IMG/VR virus record: IMGVR_UViG_3300027689_000468 | Coordinates: 1-26,747 of that record | Source of the DNA: a virus | Taxonomy: Duplodnaviria; Caudoviricetes | Strand: one strand, 5' to 3' | Length of the DNA: 26,747 nt | Shown: piece after piece, positions 1 to 7,647 of the stretch | Position numbering within the stretch: position 1 is the stretch's first letter | Layout of the letters: every line of letters starts with the position of its first letter | Notes under the pieces: model-generated | What the model saw: the letters and a program-made list of their open reading frames with translations, nothing else | What the model was told of the DNA's origin: nothing | The model's database searches: none | Made by a program: the position numbers and the translations under genes

Positions 1-89
1 GCTTCGACGGGCACCGTCTCTGGTGTGGTGTGGGTAGAAGGGAGCGCCTGCTCGGCTGCCCGAATCTCTTGAAGGGATCGTCTGGTCAT
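1..89 (-). CDS. N-terminal fragment of a hypothetical protein (MTRRSLQEIRAAEQALPSTHTTPETVPVE...) running off the left edge
   Basis: The ATG at 89-87 overlaps the integrase stop (ATGA). It lies exactly 6 nt after the conserved AGGCACTGGT motif and the frame stays open to position 1. Not in the supplied ORF track. Confidence 0.5.
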   Translation of the reverse strand, partial: MTRRSLQEIRAAEQALPSTHTTPETVPVE

Positions 90-1942
90 GCTGATACCAG
101 TGCCTCTGCCGGGGCAAGTTCAAGAGCGAGCAGTGCGCCGAGCTCAGCGGCCAGGTTGACTCGAACTCCGTTGTGGAACTCGACGTCGACTCGGTGGAGG
201 TTTACGAGCCAGCCAAGATCGGCAAGCTGGTAGCTGTTCATTCGGCTCTCGACCGTGGTCTTCGTAATCCGGATCCCGGCGAAGATAGCCTTGATCATAC
301 GCTGAACCTTGATTCGATCGTGATTCCAGGCTGTGCGGATCTCTTCAACGGTGAACGTTGTCGGTGCGTCTTCCTGGACTACGAGCTCACGGCGCGCAGC
401 CAACTTGATCTGCTTGTCGACCAACTCATCGAGCTTGTCCTGGAAAGCTTCCAGGTCGTCCTCGTCAACTGCTTCCTCGACCTTTGAACGCATCTTGATG
501 ATTCGAGCGCCGAGATCGCGCAGCTGCGTTTCGATGTCTTGGAGCAGATCGTTGTTTCCGATCGGTGCCGCAGAGAGCGTACCTGGGTTGTTGAGCAGGT
601 GGCATACGAGTTCGAGAATCGTATCCTCGATCGCGTCAGCGGTGATCGTGTTATTCTTGCAGAGCTCCGGGTTGTCGGTTCCGGTTGGGCATACGTAAGT
701 TGATTTCATAACGCGGCCCTTGCCCGTTGTCCAGCCTGCGGCTCCGACCATCTTGGCTCCGCAGGTATTGCAGCGGATCGTGCCGCCGAGGCGGTAGATC
801 GTAGCTGGCTTGTTGCGAACTCCGGTCTTGCGACCTTCGAGAAGCTTCTGAACGTTCCACCAGGTTTTCTCAGCTACGAATCCACGGTGAGGGCGCGTGA
901 AGCGGTCGTGCTCGTCTTTTGCGATCTTGCCTTTGTAGGTTCCAAAGCCGGCGTAGACCGGGTTTACGAGAATCGCCTTGACGGTCTGGTTTGACCAGTG
1001 TGCGGCGCCGAAGGTCGGAACGTTTAGCTCGTTGAGTCGACGAGCGATTGCCGGCGAGCTTTCACCGTCGGCGGCCATCTTGAACATCAGCTCCACGATG
1101 GAAGCTTCGGTTGGGTACTCGGCTGGGTATCCAGCAGTCGGAGCATCCTTGCGGGTGAAGATCGGCCACGCCCCCGGCTTGCCATTCTCCACCTGGGTGA
1201 AGGTTCCGTCGGCGTTTAGCTCGACCCAGATCGTAGTCATCCCCATTGGCTCAGATCCACCGCGCTTGCGGCCCGAGAGGGCGCGGAAGAGGTGGTTTCG
1301 CTTGGTACGAGCGCTGGTAGCTTCGGACTCTTCCTTCGCCTGCTGGACGTAGACGACGTAGGTGATTTCGTTGATCGCGTCGTTCTTCTCAGGGTGGCAG
1401 TTCGGAGTCTTGACGAAACGAATCGGAACGTTGTAGGTTTGTGCGTGCTGCTGAATGATCTTGGCAACGTGTGGGTCGCGAGTGATACGAGAGACTTCGT
1501 ATGCGTAGATAGCGGCCAACTCACCGTTCTTCATAGCTTCGAGCATCTCGTCGATCACTGGACGCCACTTGCCTTCTTTCCAGGCAGAGCCGACTTCCCA
1601 GTGCTCTTCGACCTTTGAGAGATCCCAGCCGTCGGAGGCGATCATGTCGTAGACTTCGCGCTGTTGGGCCTTGTCGCCTTCTGAGGCGGCTGACTTGACT
1701 GATAGGCGAAGCTGTGACCAGACGATGCCGTCAGGATTTCCACGTCGCTGCTTGGCGGCGTCTGGGCGGTAGGTGATAGAGGATTCGGCAAGGGCGTCAC
1801 GATCGGCCTTTGAACGGCGACCGCCGCGACCCTTTGCAGAAGCAGGTTCAGCGACCTGGGTGATCTCTCCGGATTCGATACCGGCGATAAGGTCGACGTA
1901 CTCTTTGCGTGCTGAGGGCGTGTTATTCTTGTTGGTTGACAT
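86..1942 (-). CDS. Large serine recombinase (phage integrase)
   Basis: Catalytic R-L-S motif and AYEVSRITRD. Recombinase domain (AIARRLNELNVPT...W...TVKAILVNPVYAG), zinc ribbon (LGGTIRCNTCGAKM...YVC...C) and coiled coil follow. A strong RBS (GAAGGAG) precedes the ATG. Confidence 0.95.
   Translation of the reverse strand: MSTNKNNTPSARKEYVDLIAGIESGEITQVAEPASAKGRGGRRSKADRDALAESSITYRPDAAKQRRGNPDGIVWSQLRLSVKSAASEGDKAQQREVYDMIASDGWDLSKVEEHWEVGSAWKEGKWRPVIDEMLEAMKNGELAAIYAYEVSRITRDPHVAKIIQQHAQTYNVPIRFVKTPNCHPEKNDAINEITYVVYVQQAKEESEATSARTKRNHLFRALSGRKRGGSEPMGMTTIWVELNADGTFTQVENGKPGAWPIFTRKDAPTAGYPAEYPTEASIVELMFKMAADGESSPAIARRLNELNVPTFGAAHWSNQTVKAILVNPVYAGFGTYKGKIAKDEHDRFTRPHRGFVAEKTWWNVQKLLEGRKTGVRNKPATIYRLGGTIRCNTCGAKMVGAAGWTTGKGRVMKSTYVCPTGTDNPELCKNNTITADAIEDTILELVCHLLNNPGTLSAAPIGNNDLLQDIETQLRDLGARIIKMRSKVEEAVDEDDLEAFQDKLDELVDKQIKLAARRELVVQEDAPTTFTVEEIRTAWNHDRIKVQRMIKAIFAGIRITKTTVESRMNSYQLADLGWLVNLHRVDVEFHNGVRVNLAAELGALLALELAPAEALVSA
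96..116 (-). promoter_or_regulatory. Conserved motif copy 1: TGCCC-cggcag-AGGCACTGGT, then 6 nt, then ATG
   Basis: Same bases and spacing as the copies at 7880-7900 and 26633-26653. It lies inside the last integrase codons. Confidence 0.65.
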
Positions 1943-2108
1943 TGGAGTCTCCTTCGGACTTGGTAGGGGTTGGTGACGAACCGACCGATCGTGAGGAGAG
2001 GGTAGCCAAGACGTCGATGTAGATGTCCCGGGTTAGGTTGACTCGAAGAGCTTGACCGAGTCTTTCAGCGAGGTGTGCCCAGATGGGCTGTGTGGGTTGT
2101 TTGTCCAT
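1923..2108 (-). CDS. Small hypothetical protein (61 aa) between attP and the integrase, possibly leaderless
   Basis: The ATG has no RBS but is preceded by GGCACTAT-N7, an actinobacterial CAnnnT-like -10. The ORF overlaps the integrase start by 20 nt. No recognisable motif. Confidence 0.3.
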   Translation of the reverse strand: MDKQPTQPIWAHLAERLGQALRVNLTRDIYIDVLATLSSRSVGSSPTPTKSEGDSNVNQQE

Positions 2109-2138
2109 ACCCGAGATAGTGCCCGGGTCTCTCGTTTT

Positions 2139-2188
2139 CGCATTTGTCCAGTGAACTCAGGACCTCCTGAGTTCCTTTCACAAACGCG
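2139..2188. other. Putative intact attP site of the serine integrase
   Basis: CGCATTTGT-ccagt-GAACTCAGGA-CC-TCCTGAGTTC-ctttc-ACAAACGCG: perfect 10-bp inner arms around a 2-bp centre, 5-bp linkers, and outer arms matching 8/9. Intergenic, about 200 bp upstream of the integrase. Confidence 0.85.
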
Positions 2189-2228
2189 CTGTCAGGGCGG
2201 TTTTCACGCTCAGATCAGTGGTTCGTCA

Positions 2229-3221
2229 CTACCTACTGTTCGGCGCAGGAGTGGCTGAGGCAAGCCTTTTGGCAGCTTCCTTTGCGCGCCGGCGGCGCTT
2301 CTTGTAGCTCTGAACTGCGTTCCGGCAGGTCATACAGACCGAGTTGAGGTGGATCTTGGAGTTCTTGTCCGTCCGTCGAAACTCCTCGATCGGGCGGGTG
2401 ACGTGGCAGGTCGAGCATTCCCAGTTCTGGGCGGTTTCCCGCTTCTGGGTGCAGCTTGGGCAGAAGTGGCTACGGCGGGTCCCGACGATAGCGAAGTCGG
2501 CTCGGGGAAGGACCTTGCGGCATTCCCGGCAGGGCTTTGAGGACTCGTGGAACTTCTTGGTTCCGATAGCGTTGCCGATCTCCGAATAGCATTTGCGGCA
2601 CCAGGACTCGGCCCGGCCGCTTTTCAGCCAAATGAACTCAGGGCCCTTTTTGCTCTTCAAGCAGCGGGTGCACTTGGAGCGGCGCTTCTCGATCGGCGTC
2701 TCCCGGCAGTAATGGCAGTATCGGCCTCTCCCGAGGTAAGAGTTCTTTGGGCGGATCTTGTTGCAGTTGACGCACTCACGTCCGCGAGCCTTAGCGTCGC
2801 AGGGGCGGCAGAACTTCTTCCAGGGGCCGAGCATACCCTTTCGGGTCACTCCGCGCTCCCAGCGAGCTTCGTGCAGCTCAACGTCTTTCTTGCATCCCGG
2901 GCAGTTTCGGGTCGCTGTGTTAGCCGGCACTTTCGTGCGGTTGGCACGCTGACCGGCCGGAAACGCCCATACAACTGTGATACCCTTTTCGGCCCAGTAT
3001 GCCACCAGTCGGTCAGGATCGATACCCTCCTCGATTAGCTTGTCTCGGCGGATGTCAATGGTTTTTACCTGGCTTCCTCGATCGGGTTGCGCAGGGCTGG
3101 GTGACGTAGCTTTGCGAGGGCCGTTGCTTCCACCCGGCGCATTGCCTCCCCAGTGACTCCGTGTTTCTCTCCGAGCTGAGCCAGAGTTAGTCGCTTCTCC
3201 TCGTGGATTCCGAACCGGCAT
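2229..3221 (-). CDS. Multi-zinc-finger protein (10 CxxC motifs); true start uncertain, probably near 3060
   Basis: CPGC/CRPC, CVNC/CHYC, CTRC/CRKC, CREC/CPSC and CSTC/CMTC pairs; very basic. The first ~52 codons overlap the sigma gene and look like a shadow frame. Confidence 0.75.
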   Translation of the reverse strand: MPVRNPRGEATNSGSARRETRSHWGGNAPGGSNGPRKATSPSPAQPDRGSQVKTIDIRRDKLIEEGIDPDRLVAYWAEKGITVVWAFPAGQRANRTKVPANTATRNCPGCKKDVELHEARWERGVTRKGMLGPWKKFCRPCDAKARGRECVNCNKIRPKNSYLGRGRYCHYCRETPIEKRRSKCTRCLKSKKGPEFIWLKSGRAESWCRKCYSEIGNAIGTKKFHESSKPCRECRKVLPRADFAIVGTRRSHFCPSCTQKRETAQNWECSTCHVTRPIEEFRRTDKNSKIHLNSVCMTCRNAVQSYKKRRRRAKEAAKRLASATPAPNSR

Positions 3222-3910
3222 TTGATGATCTCCTTTTCCAGGTCTGTGAGTTCTTCGAGAGCTTGGTGGACTGCGTCGACCATCATTTCGTTCTCGATGA
3301 TCTCGGCGGGGTCCGACCCCTCCTCTTCGATGTCTTCTCCGAGAGTGCGGGGGGCGCCGTCGCCGGCATACGACCCCTTCCCGAAGCGCTCGTCCAGGCT
3401 GTGAGTCGTCTGAGGCATCTTGTCGAACGTCTGGTCCTTTCCCACCACCTCTGCCTTCTCCGAGGCTGTGAGGGGCCTTCCAAGCCTTGATTCGGCCTCA
3501 TTGAGCCTCTTCTGCGCCAGCGCAGCCTTGTAGGCAACGCCTTGCGGGATCCTGATCGTTCGTGAGGCGTCGACTGCCCGGGTAAGGCCGGTTGTGATCC
3601 AGCGCTCAGCCCACGGATACATCTGGCCTCGATCTGGGTGCCAACGCGAAGCTGCTTGGGTAAGGCTCAGGGAGCCGACCGAGAGGATCTCTTCCCGGTC
3701 CAGCATTCCGTGATAGCGTTTGCCTATGTGGATCACCAGGCGCATGTGTCGCAGGACGAGCTCGTCCCGGACCCTCTTGATCTGCGCTTCGTCGTCGTCG
3801 GCCAGGGCGATTCGCAGCTGGTCGCCAAGTTCGGCTTCACGTTCAGGCGTTAGCGGTTCGCACTCAGGGCGCGATAAGTAGGCGGGCAGACCGCTGATAC
3901 GTTCGCTCAT
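3065..3910 (-). CDS. RNA polymerase sigma-70 family factor, RpoD-derived and divergent
   Basis: Region 1.2 (YL...PLTPEREAELG), region 2 (ELVLRHMRLVIHIGKRY), RTIRIP, region 3 (LGRPLT..E), and region 4 (LTDLEKEIIKCRFGI...TLAQLG...ALAKLRHP). Confidence 0.93.
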   Translation of the reverse strand: MSERISGLPAYLSRPECEPLTPEREAELGDQLRIALADDDEAQIKRVRDELVLRHMRLVIHIGKRYHGMLDREEILSVGSLSLTQAASRWHPDRGQMYPWAERWITTGLTRAVDASRTIRIPQGVAYKAALAQKRLNEAESRLGRPLTASEKAEVVGKDQTFDKMPQTTHSLDERFGKGSYAGDGAPRTLGEDIEEEGSDPAEIIENEMMVDAVHQALEELTDLEKEIIKCRFGIHEEKRLTLAQLGEKHGVTGEAMRRVEATALAKLRHPALRNPIEEAR

Positions 3911-5532
3911 CAGAACGGACTCTCAGCTGGTCGCTCGTCGAAGTGAATGTCTCCGAAGTCGGCTTTGTATTCGGCAAGAGCTTCGACCATCTCGATCCGG
4001 CCGTCTTTTTCCAAACGGACCCAGCTCTTGTCGGTCAGGAAGTCGATCGCTTTCACCAGGGTGTCGGCACGCCATCCCGCTCCGCCGGCTTGCTTGCGAG
4101 CCTCGTTCAGAGTTTCCTTGATGTCGGTCTTTGACATTGGGCGACCGATCTCAACGAGAAGCTTTGATACTTTCTCAGCTGCGATAAGGTCCCAACGTTT
4201 TTCGGCTTGCTGGGTAGCGATCTCTTCCGGACTCAGCAGTTCGAGCTTTGTGACCTCGATACCGTTTGAGTTGTCAGGAGTAGATACCAGGACGCCGGCG
4301 AGACGCTTGTTATTGCGCTGAACGATCTTGACTCGACCTGGGCGATCCTTGCTGACGTAGAGCTCGACCTTTCCTGGTGTCCAGGAGGAGCCGGCGATCA
4401 CGACGTGGGCTTGAAGAGCTACGCCAGATACCGAAGCCAGCTTCGCACCGGATCCACGAGGACCACGCTGTTGAAAGCTGCCGGCTGCCTGATTGCCAGA
4501 CGACTTGGCGATGTGGTCGACGACCAGAACTCCGGCTCCGGCGTTGACGATCGGCCAGACCGACCCAGAGAGGAACATGTTGACGTCTCGTGCCTTGTCT
4601 TCTTCCAGCGGTGGATTGTGGGAAGCCATTGCAGCTGCGAAGCCGTCAAGGACTACGAATGGTATCTTGTGCTGACGGACCAGTCGCAGGACCTGAGCTC
4701 GTGAGCGACCGTCGAGTCCGCCAGTTTCAGCCTTGTAGTAGAAGAGACGCTTGTTGCGGTCGCGCTCTCCGTCAGCTCCGACCGGGCCCATCATCCAGTC
4801 AAGCAGTGTCTCTTTCGAGATACCTGCACCGAGGGCGATTGCGTAGATTCGCTCAGACGCCGTGATACCGTCGGACTCTTCGCAGTCAATGTAGACCACT
4901 GCGTTGCCAGCGATCATTTGCTGAACGCAGGCGTACTTCGCCGTCCAGCTCTTCATGGACTCCGGCGCCCCCATAATCACGTTGAGTCTCATTGGGTACA
5001 CCAGGGCGTTGTTAGCTGTTGTATGGAGGATCGTAGGTTCGAGCCGGCGGTGGGTGCCGCAGATGATTGCGTTCACGATCGGCCCGAGGTCTGTCCAGCC
5101 GTCGTCGTCAGCCTTGTTCATGATGTCGTTGAGCTGCGCGATCTCGGCGATCGGATCTCCGCCGTCTTCGATCGTACGTGCGGCAGCTCGTGCGGCGATT
5201 GCTTGGTCGCGACGTCGAGATAAGCTCTGGACGGTCTTGGCGATCTCGACCACTTCCTCATCCTTTGCTGGACGGTTAGATAGCCAGGTGACCGCCTTGT
5301 CGCCGCCGACTACTTCGAGCTCCTGAGAAGTGCGAAGCTCTTCGATCACCTCGGAGGCTGATAGATCTCCTCTTGCGGCAACGCGAGCGGCGGCACTGAA
5401 AACGGTGCCGAGCTTGTCGTCAATGAAGTCGCCGGGAGCGACTCGATCGATGATCTTGTTCAGTATCTCTGCGCTGTTGATACACGCGCCGACCAGTCTT
5501 TGTTCAGCTGCTGAGTTTGTTAGCTTCGTCAT
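3910..5532 (-). CDS. Replicative helicase-like protein: DnaB N-terminal domain plus RecA/AAA (RepA-like) ATPase and a possible C-terminal winged helix
   Basis: AEQRLVGACI...PGDF (DnaB-N), Walker A-like GAPESMKS, VVYIDCEE, Walker B VVLDG, VLVVDH.AK, PRGSGAK and VSKDRPG. Confidence 0.8.
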   Translation of the reverse strand: MTKLTNSAAEQRLVGACINSAEILNKIIDRVAPGDFIDDKLGTVFSAAARVAARGDLSASEVIEELRTSQELEVVGGDKAVTWLSNRPAKDEEVVEIAKTVQSLSRRRDQAIAARAAARTIEDGGDPIAEIAQLNDIMNKADDDGWTDLGPIVNAIICGTHRRLEPTILHTTANNALVYPMRLNVIMGAPESMKSWTAKYACVQQMIAGNAVVYIDCEESDGITASERIYAIALGAGISKETLLDWMMGPVGADGERDRNKRLFYYKAETGGLDGRSRAQVLRLVRQHKIPFVVLDGFAAAMASHNPPLEEDKARDVNMFLSGSVWPIVNAGAGVLVVDHIAKSSGNQAAGSFQQRGPRGSGAKLASVSGVALQAHVVIAGSSWTPGKVELYVSKDRPGRVKIVQRNNKRLAGVLVSTPDNSNGIEVTKLELLSPEEIATQQAEKRWDLIAAEKVSKLLVEIGRPMSKTDIKETLNEARKQAGGAGWRADTLVKAIDFLTDKSWVRLEKDGRIEMVEALAEYKADFGDIHFDERPAESPF

Positions 5533-5926
5533 TCGGATCCTCCTTGATTGGACCGATGGGTGTGAGTAGCACCTGAACCTCCGGAAGTTTGCTGACCATC
5601 AAATGTGGTTCGTCAACTCGGACGTATTCGGGCGTGTCGTCTGGCGCCATCCCTTCGGTGATAAGGGCGTCGACGATTGTCTTGATGCAGGTCGAGGTGT
5701 AGTTATGGGCGTCTCGACGTCCAGCTCTGCTGAATGGGATGCTCACCTGGATAAGGACTCTCTGTCCCTTCAAGGTGTCTCGGTCCTCTTGCGAGGCGAC
5801 ACGCCAGGCTGCGGCCGTGCAGATTGCCCACGGTTTCAGTCGACGACTACGAGCTGCCCAGTGCATCCTTCGTGATTCATTCTCACTCAGGGGGTGCGTC
5901 GGCGGAGCGAACGTTAGGAGGACCAC
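5504..5926 (-). CDS. RusA-like Holliday junction resolvase
   Basis: PLSEN...HW, RRDAHNY...KTIVDAL...G..PDD motif. Start moved to the GTG at 5926, which has a GAGGA RBS. Confidence 0.8.
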   Translation of the reverse strand: MVLLTFAPPTHPLSENESRRMHWAARSRRLKPWAICTAAAWRVASQEDRDTLKGQRVLIQVSIPFSRAGRRDAHNYTSTCIKTIVDALITEGMAPDDTPEYVRVDEPHLMVSKLPEVQVLLTPIGPIKEDPNDEANKLSS

Positions 5927-6153
5927 GCAGGTTCCTCGATTCCGTTTAGCCAAGCTTCGTATCCCCAGACTTCGACCGGGTGCAGATCGCAGAGCATCGC
6001 GAATCTGTCAGCTACGTAGAAAGGCAGTCCTTCGACTTTGTATCGGTTGAGCACTGCGAAGTTGGTGCGAACTACCGTGCGAAACTCACGCCACGGTCGT
6101 CCGTACGCTTCCACCAGTGCTTGCAGATCATAGGTCATCGCCATCTGGCTCAT
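5914..6153 (-). CDS. Small putative HTH DNA-binding protein (Ner/Cro-like)
   Basis: The C-terminal ADRFAMLCDLHPVEVWG resembles the A..lg.hP.eiW signature of Ner/Cro-like HTH proteins. Coupled to its neighbours. Confidence 0.5.
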   Translation of the reverse strand: MSQMAMTYDLQALVEAYGRPWREFRTVVRTNFAVLNRYKVEGLPFYVADRFAMLCDLHPVEVWGYEAWLNGIEEPAWSS

Positions 6154-6364
6154 TCTTGAAATGAAGCTCGGTCAGCTTTTGAATGCTGCGGTTGGCGATC
6201 GTTAGCTCTTCGAGCAGACGGTCTCGTTCTCGGAGAAGCCAGTCAAGGTGACCGGCTTCCTCGTCCTCGAAGGTACCGTAGTCGGTGCGGTTGGCGATCA
6301 GACCTATGATGCGCCGAATCCGGCGACTCACGATCTCCTCTGCGCTCAGGATCTCGTCGCTCAT
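6128..6364 (-). CDS. Hypothetical protein with a short coiled coil
   Basis: ATGA overlap with the upstream gene; fills the operon gap. Confidence 0.65.
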   Translation of the reverse strand: MSDEILSAEEIVSRRIRRIIGLIANRTDYGTFEDEEAGHLDWLLRERDRLLEELTIANRSIQKLTELHFKNEPDGDDL

Positions 6365-7029
6365 ACTGCGCTCGATTCAATAGCCTTGTCGAGCTTCTTC
6401 ATAAGGTCGCTGGCCTGTGCCTGGGTGAGATCCTTTGTAGAGACGACTCCGTAGGCTTTCAGTAGTCGCTCGTGGTAGGTCTCATCGTCTTGAAGGGACG
6501 GCAGCTGCTGACGCATAATCTGAATGCGTTGAACTTGCTTGGTCGTTGCGCGTTTTGGATCTTCCTCAGCGCCCGACTGCCAGCCCTGCTCATCGACCTG
6601 TGGCTCTTCGATCGGCTCAGGCTTGCGCTCGACCGGTGCAGCTTGGCGACGAGCTGTTGCTACCTTGACCTCGTCGGCCGAAGCGATGCCCTTCTTGGTG
6701 TCAGCTGCAAGAGCTGCTACGATTGCGCGACCCCAGGCTGAGGTCTCAGCGACCATTGCTTCGCTATCGCGGGTGAAGGGTGTCTTGCCCGGGAAAGGCT
6801 CCCAGGCCACTCCGATGCCAGGAGCGACGTCGTGTGGATCTCGATAGGCGACGGCGACGTATTGAAGAAACGTCTTGCCTTCGATAGTGATGATTTGGAC
6901 CGGTTGGTCAGGGTTGAAGGGACGTAGTGACCCCTCAGGAAACTTGGCTCTGAACTCGACGATTCGAGTAGCTACATCGATGTAGCCTTCGCCCCATTGC
7001 TGGGACTTGTTGGAGTTGTATGCGGACAT
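6361..7029 (-). CDS. Putative ssDNA-annealing/recombination protein (Rad52/Sak/ERF-like)
   Basis: YIDVATRIVEFRAKFPEG and AETSAWGRAI...GIAS.DEV core, flexible linker, then C-terminal AT.KQ...DLT..QAS.L motif typical of phage SSAPs. Confidence 0.65.
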   Translation of the reverse strand: MSAYNSNKSQQWGEGYIDVATRIVEFRAKFPEGSLRPFNPDQPVQIITIEGKTFLQYVAVAYRDPHDVAPGIGVAWEPFPGKTPFTRDSEAMVAETSAWGRAIVAALAADTKKGIASADEVKVATARRQAAPVERKPEPIEEPQVDEQGWQSGAEEDPKRATTKQVQRIQIMRQQLPSLQDDETYHERLLKAYGVVSTKDLTQAQASDLMKKLDKAIESSAV

Positions 7030-7041
7030 ACCAAGTAGTGT

Positions 7042-7647
7042 TCACGGATGTCTCCGTTTGGCACTCGCGGCCCGCAGTTCTTTCTCGACTCGACGGGCTT
7101 CCCGGATCCAAGACCAGACCACCGAGGGCTTCCAGGAACGCAGATGGCGAGCTATTTTCAGCGCATTTCCGCCCTCGTGGCGGATCATAAGCACCTCTTG
7201 GAGGATCTCGTCGTGCCAGTATTCCGGAAGTGTAAGAAGGTGGTTTATGTGGAGCAGGTCACCCTCTGAGACGTCCAGCCTGCTTGCTGCGTCGTCCGGG
7301 TGCTCACCTGACCGGACTGAGAGCAGTAGCTCTCGAAGCCTCATTGGTCCGACCTCACCGGCCCAGATTCCGTCAGCGTTGATCATTGAGTCGGCGACGC
7401 CGTACTCGTTCAGGTGGTCCAGGCCGCAGATCGTCAGAGCGTCCTCGGGTCGAGCTACGTCAAGCTCCGGTAGAAGAGCGCAGACCACGCGGACCGCGTA
7501 CCGACTCGACTGAGATGCCAGGTGAGCCGGGAGAGCCTGGGCTTCTTCGAGCTGTTCCAGGATGTTGAAGATCGCGTCGTCGCTGATCGGGAAGCTGCCG
7601 GAGTACCGAATCAGGATTTCCTGGACCGGTATGTTAGGGCTCGACAT
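7042..7647 (-). CDS. Hypothetical protein with two possible HTH motifs
   Basis: GEHPDDAASRLDVSEGDL and GGNALKIARHL...SVVWSWI. An RBS (GGAGAAGG) precedes the ATG. Confidence 0.6.
   Translation of the reverse strand: MSSPNIPVQEILIRYSGSFPISDDAIFNILEQLEEAQALPAHLASQSSRYAVRVVCALLPELDVARPEDALTICGLDHLNEYGVADSMINADGIWAGEVGPMRLRELLLSVRSGEHPDDAASRLDVSEGDLLHINHLLTLPEYWHDEILQEVLMIRHEGGNALKIARHLRSWKPSVVWSWIREARRVEKELRAASAKRRHP

Noticed and set aside
1695-1725. Integrase lacks the Tyr of the usual YxRxS motif, suggesting inactivity
   Set aside because: Active integrases such as Bxb1 also read IRLS without Tyr, and the Arg, Ser and downstream SRxxR residues are intact.
3055-3080. Possible -1 frameshift fusing the sigma factor to the zinc-finger ORF
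   Set aside because: The frames are compatible, but there is no XXXYYYZ heptamer before the sigma stop codon.
7027-7046. GAACACTACT before the RBS-less SSAP start as another motif copy
   Set aside because: Only CACTnnT matches, the spacing to ATG is 4 nt rather than 6, and there is no TGCCC arm.
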